IMG/VR virus record: IMGVR_UViG_3300028888_000115
Location: 11,458 to 75,457 of that record
From: a virus
Taxonomy: Duplodnaviria > Caudoviricetes
DNA: 64,000 nucleotides
Reading direction: 5' to 3' (one strand)
Part shown: in pieces, positions 46,478-54,970 of the stretch
How the letters are laid out: every line of letters begins with the position of its first letter
Numbering within the stretch: position 1 is the first letter of the stretch
Made by a program: the position numbers and the translations under genes
The notes under the pieces: model-generated
What the model was told of the DNA's origin: nothing
What the model saw: the letters and a program-made list of their open reading frames with translations, nothing else
The model's database searches: none

Positions 46478-46951
46478 ATGGAACTGATTCAGGTCCCACT
46501 TGACCAACTGAAACCTTATCAAAACAACCCAAGATACAACGATGACGCGATTGACGCGGTCGTCGAAAGCATTGATCAGGTCGGGTACATCACGCCGATT
46601 ATCGTGGATGAAAACTGGCAGATCCTTGCCGGTCATTCCAGATGGAAGTCGTTGAACGAACTGGGTGAGGACAAAATTGACGTCATCCTCGTCCCGGGAC
46701 TGACCGAAGAGCAGAAGCGTAAATTCCGACTGCTGGACAACAAGACGGCGGAGATTGCGTCGTGGGATCTCGATAAGCTCCAAGAGGAACTGGAGATGGT
46801 CGATTTCGGCGGCTACGATTTCTGGTCAAAGGAACTGGAACAGATGGCCGACAACCTGATCGCCGACAAGCCGAAGAAGAAAGTGATCATCTGCCCGAAG
46901 TGCGGAAAAGTTGTGCAGGGCTTGGTGGATATGGACCAATACGACGAATGA
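46478..46951 (+). CDS. ParB/Srx N-terminal domain protein
   Basis: LKPYQNNPR..SIDQVGYITPIIVDE...ILAGHSR..RLLDNK. Confidence 0.88.
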   Translation: MELIQVPLDQLKPYQNNPRYNDDAIDAVVESIDQVGYITPIIVDENWQILAGHSRWKSLNELGEDKIDVILVPGLTEEQKRKFRLLDNKTAEIASWDLDKLQEELEMVDFGGYDFWSKELEQMADNLIADKPKKKVIICPKCGKVVQGLVDMDQYDE

Positions 46952-46952
46952 T

Positions 46953-47411
46953 ATGGAAAAACATCTTGTAACTATGAAACTGAGCGAGATTATTCCCTAC
47001 AAGAATAATCCTCGTAAAAATAAAAGCGCGGTCAAGACCGTTGCGGAGAGCATTCGACAGACCGGATACAACAATCCGATTATTGTAGATGAGAACAAAG
47101 TGATTCTGGCCGGACACACAAGGCGTCTGAGCCTGATTCAGCAGGGAGTAGAAGAGGTGCAGGTGCTTCAGGTGCTTGGACTTTCTGAGACTGCCAAGAA
47201 AAAGTTCCGACTTCTGGACAACAAGGTCGGAGAGTTCGCGTCGTGGGACTACGTTGCTCTGACAGAGGAACTTGCAACGCTGGATTTTGGCGGTCTGGCT
47301 CTGGACTGGGGCATTGAGTTCAACATGGACGACGCGGAGCCGAAGGAAAAGAAAAAGAAGGAAAAGCCGGAGTATGTCTGCCCGGAGTGCGGTTTCCACT
47401 TCAAGGCCTGA
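46953..47411 (+). CDS. ParB/Srx N-terminal domain protein (tandem paralog)
   Basis: IIPYKNNPR..SIRQTGYNNPIIVDE..ILAGHTR..RLLDNK; C-terminal CPEC. Confidence 0.88.
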   Translation: MEKHLVTMKLSEIIPYKNNPRKNKSAVKTVAESIRQTGYNNPIIVDENKVILAGHTRRLSLIQQGVEEVQVLQVLGLSETAKKKFRLLDNKVGEFASWDYVALTEELATLDFGGLALDWGIEFNMDDAEPKEKKKKEKPEYVCPECGFHFKA

Positions 47412-47420
47412 GGTCGAAAG

Positions 47421-47873
47421 ATGGTAGAACTGACACCGAGCTGCATGGACAGAAATCTGTTCATGAGAATGGCAAAGGATTATGTGGATACCCTCAGCCA
47501 ATATGATCACGAAATCAAGTGGGATGAACTGGCTTGGGAACAAGGGATGTGGTACTCACAGTTTATTGTAGAGGACCGGACTGTGCAGGGATTCATACAG
47601 ACTGAAATCGTCCCGTTCAACGTTTTTCCGAGTGCGTTTTATATTGCTGAGTTCTATGTTGTTCCTGAGGCAAGGCACCGGCACATCGGTACGGAGGCCG
47701 TAAAGGCCGCTACTCAGTCGTGGAGCGGGGATGCGTTTTTATATATCCTCGACAAAAATGTTCCGGCACGCTTCTTCTGGACCGATGTAGAGGCGGAACT
47801 TGGATGGAAGCGAATAGAAAGACCGGAGATCCGAAAAGAATCCGGATGTGAGCTCAGAGTGTACAAAACCTGA
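47421..47873 (+). CDS. GNAT-fold acetyltransferase
   Basis: YIAEFYVVPEARHRHIGT; N..ARFFW. Confidence 0.7.
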   Translation: MVELTPSCMDRNLFMRMAKDYVDTLSQYDHEIKWDELAWEQGMWYSQFIVEDRTVQGFIQTEIVPFNVFPSAFYIAEFYVVPEARHRHIGTEAVKAATQSWSGDAFLYILDKNVPARFFWTDVEAELGWKRIERPEIRKESGCELRVYKT

Positions 47874-47887
47874 AAGGATGAGAAAGC

Positions 47888-49021
47888 GTGGATGACATTG
47901 TAAAGAAATACCGCATGCGCCGAGATGCAAGGATTGCGGCCAAAAAAGCCCACGCGGACGACCAGTGGATCACAATGCGAGGAACGCATGTCCTGATAGA
48001 CGACGGCGGGCAGGTATCAAAGGGGCCTGAAAAGCTGAAAAACGTCGTGAAGCAGGGCGGCGGGTACAAGTCAAAAGCTGACCGGAAGTACGGAAGCAGC
48101 GACAAATACAGCAAGGCGATGAATAACGGCTGGAATGTGAAACCAGCCGTGGAACAGACAAAAAGAGAACGAAGACCGCTTGCAGACATACACAAAGAGT
48201 TTGAAGACAACAGGTACCGTCTGGAAGACTCTTTGAAGAAACGCGACAAGGCCAAAGAAAACTATGAGATGAGCAATGGCAATTACGATTTGTACATGGA
48301 TGATCCGGGAACGTCTGAAGAGTTCAAAGAGATGTTCCGGAAAGACCTTGCCATGACTCAGAAAAAATATCATGAAGCAAAGAGCGAAGTAGACCGGCTT
48401 TCGGAGAAAGACAGAGCCTTGAAAAAAGAACTGTCTGAAGAGCGCGACGCGGTCAAGAAAGAAGACCAAGCGGCAATCAGGTCCGGTCCTGTGGCATACG
48501 TCAGGTCTGAAAAAGTCGTTACGGCGATTCGCGGCAACGAGAGCTTGATCAGAAAGAAAGATTACGAAAAAGGAGCTTGCGTGGACAAAAACGGCAGACT
48601 CTTGTTTGAGGCAACTGACGGCAAAGCGAGTCAGATCGACCTTGAAGCGTATAAGGACAAACTGAAAGACACCGTGTTCACGCATAACCATCCCCGGGGT
48701 TCAACACTCAGCGTGGATGACGTCAGCTGTGCCGTCGCTCATGGAATGGCGGAAGTGAGGGCTTGTCATCGAGACGGTGCATACTCTCTTGTCAGGCAGT
48801 ATTCGCTGGATGGCGAAAAGCCTGCAAATTACATGGACTTCGCTTGGGACTATCAGGAAAGCGTCGCAAAGTATGACCGCGAAGTTATCGATCCAATCTG
48901 GAGGCGTGGACCGCAGGTACAGGAAACTGCGGACAGGTGCAATAAAATGTACGACGATTACCGCCGTCTGTGGCTGGAACTGAATTCGAAGAAATACGGA
49001 TGGATTTATTCGGAGGAGTAG
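47888..49021 (+). CDS. putative capsid-cargo protein 2 with C-terminal JAB/MPN-like domain
   Basis: IVKKYRMRRDARIAAKKAHADD leader; WITMRGTHVLID motif; FTHNHPRGSTLSVDD. Confidence 0.7.
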   Translation: MDDIVKKYRMRRDARIAAKKAHADDQWITMRGTHVLIDDGGQVSKGPEKLKNVVKQGGGYKSKADRKYGSSDKYSKAMNNGWNVKPAVEQTKRERRPLADIHKEFEDNRYRLEDSLKKRDKAKENYEMSNGNYDLYMDDPGTSEEFKEMFRKDLAMTQKKYHEAKSEVDRLSEKDRALKKELSEERDAVKKEDQAAIRSGPVAYVRSEKVVTAIRGNESLIRKKDYEKGACVDKNGRLLFEATDGKASQIDLEAYKDKLKDTVFTHNHPRGSTLSVDDVSCAVAHGMAEVRACHRDGAYSLVRQYSLDGEKPANYMDFAWDYQESVAKYDREVIDPIWRRGPQVQETADRCNKMYDDYRRLWLELNSKKYGWIYSEE

Positions 49022-49025
49022 GATC

Positions 49026-49163
49026 ATGAAATACACAAGGGAAGAACTGCAAAAAGGGGTCACGGTACTTGATAAGTCCGAGAAAGACTGCATTTATCGG
49101 GTCCCGACTCCTGAGAAGAAAAAACAACCGGAGAAGAAGACGGGCCGACCGGAAAGGACGTGA
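49026..49163 (+). CDS. small hypothetical protein (45 aa)
   Basis: GGAG RBS; directly after cargo 2. Confidence 0.5.
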   Translation: MKYTREELQKGVTVLDKSEKDCIYRVPTPEKKKQPEKKTGRPERT

Positions 49164-49167
49164 CAGC

Positions 49168-49344
49168 ATGGGACAGGCGAAACCGAAGATGGACGGAATT
49201 AAGGACAAATACCTCAATATCATCGAGCATGTCTACGGCATTCCGAGAATCCTTTTGGAAGACATGACCTATGACAAGATCGATGACTATGTCTACGACG
49301 AGCTGCAAAGGCGCGAAAGAGAAAAAGAAGCCGCCAAGAAGTGA
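49168..49344 (+). CDS. small hypothetical protein
   Basis: AAGGA RBS. Confidence 0.55.
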   Translation: MGQAKPKMDGIKDKYLNIIEHVYGIPRILLEDMTYDKIDDYVYDELQRREREKEAAKK

Positions 49345-49446
49345 GGATGACTTGAGATGGATGAGCTTATGAACCTCATGAGAAAACATTGGAAGAAGAT
49401 CCTCGGGGAAGAGGAGACGGAAAACGAGGAGTAAGAAAGAAACGGC

Positions 49447-50103
49447 ATGAACATCGTAAAATCTGCAATTGTCATCGAAGACGGTCCGGAATACGACAAA
49501 CTGCTCCAGAAGATCGAGCGGATCGGACGGACCTGCTACAAGAGCGAAGACCAAATCGGCATTGGGAGTGCCGAGAAATTTGTCAACCGCCTGATTGCGT
49601 CCGGTCACGAGTCGGTCATCGAACACGGGAGCATCACGGTGAGAGTAATCTGTGATCGTGGAGTCAGTCACGAGATTGTCCGGCACCGGCTGGCGAGCTA
49701 CAGCCAAGAGAGTTCGAGATACTGCAACTACACGGCGGATAAGTTCGGAAACGAGATTACCGTCATTGATATAGCAACAGGTTTTCAATATGACCTGTCA
49801 AGTGAAAAAGACATCAAGAAATACCAGATCTGGACCCAAGCAATGCTGGACGCGGAGAAGCACTACTTTGAGATGATCGAAGCCGGTGCAAAGCCGGAAG
49901 AGGCAAGAAGCGTGCTTCCGAACTCCACAAAGACAGAGATCGTCATGACGATGAATCTCAGAGAGTGGAGACACTACTTCCGGATGAGATGCAGCAGCAG
50001 GGCCCATCCGCAGATTATCGAAGTCAGCAAAATGATTCTCAAGGTCTTTGCGGAACGCTATCCTGCATTCTTTAGAGACCTTGCGCAGGAATACTCCGCC
50101 TGA
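49447..50103 (+). CDS. thyX: FAD-dependent thymidylate synthase
   Basis: GRTCYKS, GHESVIEH, VSHEIVRHRLASYSQESSRY, ARSVLPN, NLREWRH. Confidence 0.95.
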   Translation: MNIVKSAIVIEDGPEYDKLLQKIERIGRTCYKSEDQIGIGSAEKFVNRLIASGHESVIEHGSITVRVICDRGVSHEIVRHRLASYSQESSRYCNYTADKFGNEITVIDIATGFQYDLSSEKDIKKYQIWTQAMLDAEKHYFEMIEAGAKPEEARSVLPNSTKTEIVMTMNLREWRHYFRMRCSSRAHPQIIEVSKMILKVFAERYPAFFRDLAQEYSA

Positions 50104-50136
50104 ATTGGCGTCAGCAGATACAATGAGGTGACAAAG

Positions 50137-51330
50137 ATGGAGAGACATGTAGCAGCCTACAAGAGGCGCAGAGCACAAAGGCTCTGTGAGCGATACGGAT
50201 TCAGATATGACTCGTTGAATTTAGATTCAGGACTTGGCTGGCTGTTTGGTCTTGCCACGGATCTTGGAATCAAGACAAAGGGTATGAAGATTCCTGAAAT
50301 CTTCAAGGCTGTGAATGAGAAGCGTGCCCAGAAAGGGCTTGAACCTGTTGGACACAAGGGAAATGTTTCCGGAAAGAAGGGTTCATTCAAGCAGACAAGC
50401 CGGAAGGGACCGGAGGTCAATCAGTCCCTCGTGTCCAATGCGAAGGAGGAAGCCAAAAAGAATATGGCGACCTCCTACAAAACTGCGAGCGGAGCTAATT
50501 TCCCGAAGCCAAAGGCTGGCGCGAAGTTTGACAACAGTGTTATGTCCGGCGTTGAAAAGAGCGCAAAGGATCTCGGAAAAGAAAAGGAATTTGACGACAT
50601 CGTGAAGAGCCTGAAACCGACCGATTATGTCTATATGAAAGACCCCGTGACGGGTGATCAGGTTGCTTCCGTTCCTGGCTTGGCTCAGCGTTTCGATAAG
50701 ACAATGACCGGGCGGTCAGAAGAGTGCCAGAGGATCTACGACCAGAAAATCAAGAAGGGCGCACAGATCTCGAAAGACATGATTGATGCAGTCAACGGAA
50801 TCGGGTGCCGTCTGTCCGGACTGGAGAACTGCTTCAAGGGCGGCGACTCCACGTCAAGGAAGATTTCTACCAAACGCAGCGAGGCAGAAGCAAGAGGAAA
50901 AGAAACCAAGACGGACGAAGGATACACTGCTGGTTTTGGTGATATCATCCGATTCACGGCCTTGTGTGACCACGATGACATCGCAGAAACGGTGACAAAG
51001 CTGGAAAGCGCTATGCAGAAGAAGGGCTATGAGCTCAACGAAAGAGACAATAAGTGGGTTACCGGAGACGGCAGCTACAAAGGCGTGCATGTTGAATTCA
51101 TTTCTCCGACAGGCGAGCGTTTTGAGGTTCAGGTACATTCTACTGTCGCTCTGGCATTCAAAAACAAGGGTCACAGATACTACGACAATGCACGCGTGGA
51201 AGACGTGAGCACTGCGAATGGCAAGAAGCGCCACGATGCCGCCATTGAGAAATGCAAGAGCATCTGGAAGACTTGCCCGATCCCCAAAGGAATTGAGGAC
51301 CTGAAACCGATCCCCAAAAAGAAACGGTAG
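50137..51330 (+). CDS. putative capsid-cargo protein 3 with C-terminal RelA/SpoT (toxSAS-like) synthetase domain
   Basis: HVAAYKRRRAQRL..FRYDS leader; FKGGDSTSRK, GDIIRF, SYKGVH, FEVQVH, GHRYYD. Confidence 0.82.
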   Translation: MERHVAAYKRRRAQRLCERYGFRYDSLNLDSGLGWLFGLATDLGIKTKGMKIPEIFKAVNEKRAQKGLEPVGHKGNVSGKKGSFKQTSRKGPEVNQSLVSNAKEEAKKNMATSYKTASGANFPKPKAGAKFDNSVMSGVEKSAKDLGKEKEFDDIVKSLKPTDYVYMKDPVTGDQVASVPGLAQRFDKTMTGRSEECQRIYDQKIKKGAQISKDMIDAVNGIGCRLSGLENCFKGGDSTSRKISTKRSEAEARGKETKTDEGYTAGFGDIIRFTALCDHDDIAETVTKLESAMQKKGYELNERDNKWVTGDGSYKGVHVEFISPTGERFEVQVHSTVALAFKNKGHRYYDNARVEDVSTANGKKRHDAAIEKCKSIWKTCPIPKGIEDLKPIPKKKR

Positions 51331-51344
51331 ATCGGATATTATCC

Positions 51345-51373
51345 TTGACAATGTACTAAAATTAGTGTATAAT
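51345..51373 (+). promoter_or_regulatory. consensus sigmaA promoter with operator in spacer
   Basis: TTGACA-17-TATAAT; TGTACTAAAATTAGTGTA 51352-51369. Confidence 0.85.
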
Positions 51374-51394
51374 GACCATGGAGGTGAGCGGGCT

Positions 51395-51643
51395 TTGAGT
51401 GTGAGAAAAGAAGTGTTCTATTATCAGGATCGCGATGACGATTCAGGGATTGCTCGTTCGGTTCGTGATGAGACCGGGACCGACTATCAGTTCTGGAACT
51501 ATGAGAAGCACGACTGGGTATCTCCGAAAGATTCGATTGCGATGGACTTCTGCCATGACTACGACAACACGCGCGTGATCAGTGAGGAGGAGGCAAAAAA
51601 GGCAATCGAAGAGGCTGAAAAGGAGATTGAAAGCCGAAAGTAA
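51395..51643 (+). CDS. small protein, putative antitoxin of the toxSAS
   Basis: GGAGGT RBS, TTG start; W..W...D...RVISEEEA. Confidence 0.6.
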   Translation: MSVRKEVFYYQDRDDDSGIARSVRDETGTDYQFWNYEKHDWVSPKDSIAMDFCHDYDNTRVISEEEAKKAIEEAEKEIESRK

Positions 51644-51655
51644 GGGGATGGTAGC

Positions 51656-52075
51656 TTGATTTCGATGGTCTGGCAGGCAGAGGCCTTTGCGAAAGAAAGG
51701 CACTTTGGACAGTTTGACCGCGCCGGAGTTCCGTATATCGAGCATCCGCGTGCGGTTGCGGCGAAGGTGGACACGGATACGGAAAAGGTTGTCGCGTTCC
51801 TGCACGACACGGTGGAGGACACCAACACAACGCTGGATGAGATCCGGAACAAGTTTGGCACTGAGGTCGCGGACGCGGTTGAATGCCTGACTCACAAAAA
51901 GGGTGTTCCGTATATGGAATACGTCAAGGGAATCAAAACGAACGACCTTGCGCGGAGGGTGAAACTGGCGGACCTGAGCCACAACATGGATCTGAGCCGT
52001 CTGCCGAAGGTGACCGATGCAGACCTGAAGCGCGTGGAGAAATATAAGGCTGCTTACGACTTTCTGGTCGAGTAA
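51656..52075 (+). CDS. small alarmone hydrolase (Mesh1/SAH-type HD protein)
   Basis: H.GQFDRAGVPYIEHP, AFLHDTVEDT, VKLADLSHN. Confidence 0.9.
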   Translation: MISMVWQAEAFAKERHFGQFDRAGVPYIEHPRAVAAKVDTDTEKVVAFLHDTVEDTNTTLDEIRNKFGTEVADAVECLTHKKGVPYMEYVKGIKTNDLARRVKLADLSHNMDLSRLPKVTDADLKRVEKYKAAYDFLVE

Positions 52076-52170
52076 AGGCCGACCGGGCGTTCGTTCGAGA
52101 TAGATAACGAGATTATAAGGACGACGCTCTGAGGGGTGCCGTCCTATATTTTTGCATAGGACGGTGCGAG

Positions 52171-53886
52171 ATGGAAAAGAGCCGAGCGAAAGCGATTGCG
52201 GACTACCGCAGGAGAAGAATACAACGGCTGAGAGCCAGGTTCGACGATGATAACGACGAGAACAATGCCCCGGCACCGGCTGGCGGGCATGGAAATACAA
52301 AACTTCCGTTCGGACTTTGCCGGAGGGAAGGCATCAAGGTAGACCCGACATGGACCCCGAAGGATGCGTGGAATGCTCTGGAAGGCAAGGGATACTCTGC
52401 CAAGGAAGCCTATAAAGAACTGAAGGAAACCGGCAAGGTGGCTCCGAGAGCACCGCAGAAACCGGTGAGGACTCCTGCTGAGATCAAGAAGATGGGCAAG
52501 TCCGTTTCCGACCTGAAGAAGGCTATGAAGAAGCGGGATAAGCTCGAAAAGGACCTTTCGACGGCCAACGTCGAGATTTCGAGAGCGATTAACACCAAAA
52601 CGAGGTATGAGTCCGCATCCGAAAAGTACAAGAAGATGGCCGACGAGATGGTCCAAAAGTACGGTTCCGAAGAAAACATCCCTTCAAAAAGAGAGGGAGA
52701 ATACGGCTATCCTCCTTTGGCGAGCTATCAACTGTATCGTGACAACGAGAGAAGCTATGCCAAGGACGCCGAGAACATTGGAAAGACGCTCCCAGACCTG
52801 ATGCGGAAGCACGAGGATATTCAGAAACAGTTGGCTGAGTATCCGAGCAAAGAAGATCACAAGAAACAGTATGATCAGGCGGTTGACGACCTGCTGTCCA
52901 GTTCGCCGTACACCGACAAGGTGCGAGACTATAGAACAATCGAGGAAGAGTCAGAAGGCGCGAGGGTGATTCTGGAAGAGGCAAAGAAAAAGGTCTCATA
53001 CGCCCAATCGCATATCGAGTTCTATGAGTCGATGGCCCGGAGAGCAAGAGAACGTGGAGACGAGGAAACCGCGAAGTTCTATGAGGGCAACGGTCTTGCT
53101 TCCAACAGAAAGCTTCTCGAAGTCAATCAGGCCAATGTCGACAAGTACTCCAAACAGGTCGAGGACTATGACAGACGGATGAACGAGGCAAAGGGCGACG
53201 CTGCGGACAAGGACTGGAAGCAGATTTATGAGCTTTCGGTCGAGAAAGACACCGTGCAGGATGGACCATACACCGAGCTTGAAAGAGCGGCTGAATCTCT
53301 GTCAAGGGAAAAGGTCAAATACGTTAATCCGGTCAAGTATATGACTCCGCCGTCAGAGGAGAAGATCATCTTCGACCTGCGCGGCAGTGACAAGACAAGC
53401 GGCTCCTGCGCTTCTCTGGCGTTTGCCTATTTCGTAAACAAGTCCGGATACAGGGTGCTTGACTTCCGTGGCGGAGCATCACGACGGTTCTTCTCGTATA
53501 ACTGCGGTGATGTGATCCGGAGACTTGGCGGAACGGTCACACACGACAGCGACGGCTTCAAAATCGCAAAAGACCATCTTTCGCAGGTGGAAGAGGGCAA
53601 GGAGTACTATTTCGCGGCAGGAAAGCATGCTGCGGTTGTCAGAAAGAAAAACGGAAAGCTTGAGTTCCTTGAACTGCAAGACAGAACTGGCGGATGGGAA
53701 GAGCTCAATGACTCCGTTCTCAAACAGCGGTTCAAGGTCAAAAGGACCAGTCGTCGCGGCAGTGAGTATTCGTATCTGATCAGCGGAGACAAGCTGACCG
53801 GAAATAAAGAGCTTATTTCCCTGACGGGATATATCAATACGGCATCGGACAAGCAGAAGAAAGGCGCTGGGGGTGGTATCAAGTGA
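52171..53886 (+). CDS. putative capsid-cargo protein 4 with C-terminal papain-like cysteine peptidase domain
   Basis: AIADYRRRRIQRLRARFDD leader; GHGNTKLPFGLC module; GSCASLAFAY..VLDFRGG..GKHAAVV..LELQ. Confidence 0.75.
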   Translation: MEKSRAKAIADYRRRRIQRLRARFDDDNDENNAPAPAGGHGNTKLPFGLCRREGIKVDPTWTPKDAWNALEGKGYSAKEAYKELKETGKVAPRAPQKPVRTPAEIKKMGKSVSDLKKAMKKRDKLEKDLSTANVEISRAINTKTRYESASEKYKKMADEMVQKYGSEENIPSKREGEYGYPPLASYQLYRDNERSYAKDAENIGKTLPDLMRKHEDIQKQLAEYPSKEDHKKQYDQAVDDLLSSSPYTDKVRDYRTIEEESEGARVILEEAKKKVSYAQSHIEFYESMARRARERGDEETAKFYEGNGLASNRKLLEVNQANVDKYSKQVEDYDRRMNEAKGDAADKDWKQIYELSVEKDTVQDGPYTELERAAESLSREKVKYVNPVKYMTPPSEEKIIFDLRGSDKTSGSCASLAFAYFVNKSGYRVLDFRGGASRRFFSYNCGDVIRRLGGTVTHDSDGFKIAKDHLSQVEEGKEYYFAAGKHAAVVRKKNGKLEFLELQDRTGGWEELNDSVLKQRFKVKRTSRRGSEYSYLISGDKLTGNKELISLTGYINTASDKQKKGAGGGIK

Positions 53887-54164
53887 AGCGGATCTACAAG
53901 GAGAACAAGGACGACAAGGTTTGGTGGCTGGACAATGAGAAAGCGATTGGAGAATTCGCCTTTACGCTTGACAAGAAAACGTTCTACAATCTGTTTGCGG
54001 ACTATCCGGACAAACTGTCCGTGCAGGACTGGATCACGTTCAATGAGGAGAACGAGTATTGGGTGAAGTTCTTCAAAGAGAGGAACGAGGACTATGTGAT
54101 GAAGCACGCCGAAGAGCTTGAGAAGCTTGGGCGTGAAGACCTGATCAGGGCAATCATGAGCTGA
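53883..54164 (+). CDS. putative immunity protein
   Basis: GTGA overlap; DKVWWLDN..IGEF.F..DKK..YNLFADYP..N.YW..FF, a family I recall downstream of MuF toxin genes. Confidence 0.7.
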   Translation: MKRIYKENKDDKVWWLDNEKAIGEFAFTLDKKTFYNLFADYPDKLSVQDWITFNEENEYWVKFFKERNEDYVMKHAEELEKLGREDLIRAIMS

Positions 54165-54262
54165 GCAGGGTATCCGGCAGCAAAGAAGAGGGAGAATTAA
54201 ATACGTATCTTAGACGTCACTGAAAGGTGGCGTCTTTTTTATATCCAGGAGGAGCAAACAAA

Positions 54263-54964
54263 ATGCCGAGGAAAAAAACCGAGACCGCACCGGTTGCTGA
54301 GGCAAAGAAGAAAAAACCGAGTACGGCAAGTAAAACAACAAGATCCCGAGAAAGCAAGGAGAAGACCACCGCGACAAAGAAGACGACTGCCCAGAAGAAG
54401 CCGAGGACCAAAAAGGAGCCGGAAGTCGAGACCGTTGTAGCTGAAATTGTTGACGATGGTAACAAAAAGAAACGTCGATACGGAAAAAACAACAATTTGA
54501 TTCCAAATTCGGAACGAACTCCGAGCGAACGCCGAGAAAATGCAACAAAAGCCGGTATTGCATCTGGAGAAGCAAGACGCAAGAAAAAGAACCTCCGTGA
54601 GTTCGGCAAAGACTTCATGATGCAGACGACATCACCGGTCTTTCAAAGTCTGATGGAGACCCATCAGGTAGAAGAAGACGATATGACCAATGCTGCAGCA
54701 CTCTTTGTCCGAATGTTCAATAAGGCGATGAGCACAGGGGACCTGAATGCCGCGCGGCAGGTTGTCGAGTGGGCAGGAATGGCACCGCTTCAGGAAATGA
54801 GGGAGAATGAGGCGGTTGCGAGAATGTCACAGGTGATCCAGCTTGCTCAGGGTGATACAGAAGATGAAGAAGAGGAAACGAGCGATGTGATCATCTATCT
54901 TCCGGACAATGGAATAAAAGTCGGAAGCCCGGAGGACTACGGACTGAACCTCACCGAGGAGTGA
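54263..54964 (+). CDS. terminase small subunit-like protein
   Basis: NLIPNSERTPSERRENATKAGIASGEARRKKK; immediately upstream of TerL. Confidence 0.7.
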   Translation: MPRKKTETAPVAEAKKKKPSTASKTTRSRESKEKTTATKKTTAQKKPRTKKEPEVETVVAEIVDDGNKKKRRYGKNNNLIPNSERTPSERRENATKAGIASGEARRKKKNLREFGKDFMMQTTSPVFQSLMETHQVEEDDMTNAAALFVRMFNKAMSTGDLNAARQVVEWAGMAPLQEMRENEAVARMSQVIQLAQGDTEDEEEETSDVIIYLPDNGIKVGSPEDYGLNLTEE

Positions 54965-54970
54965 TGACCG

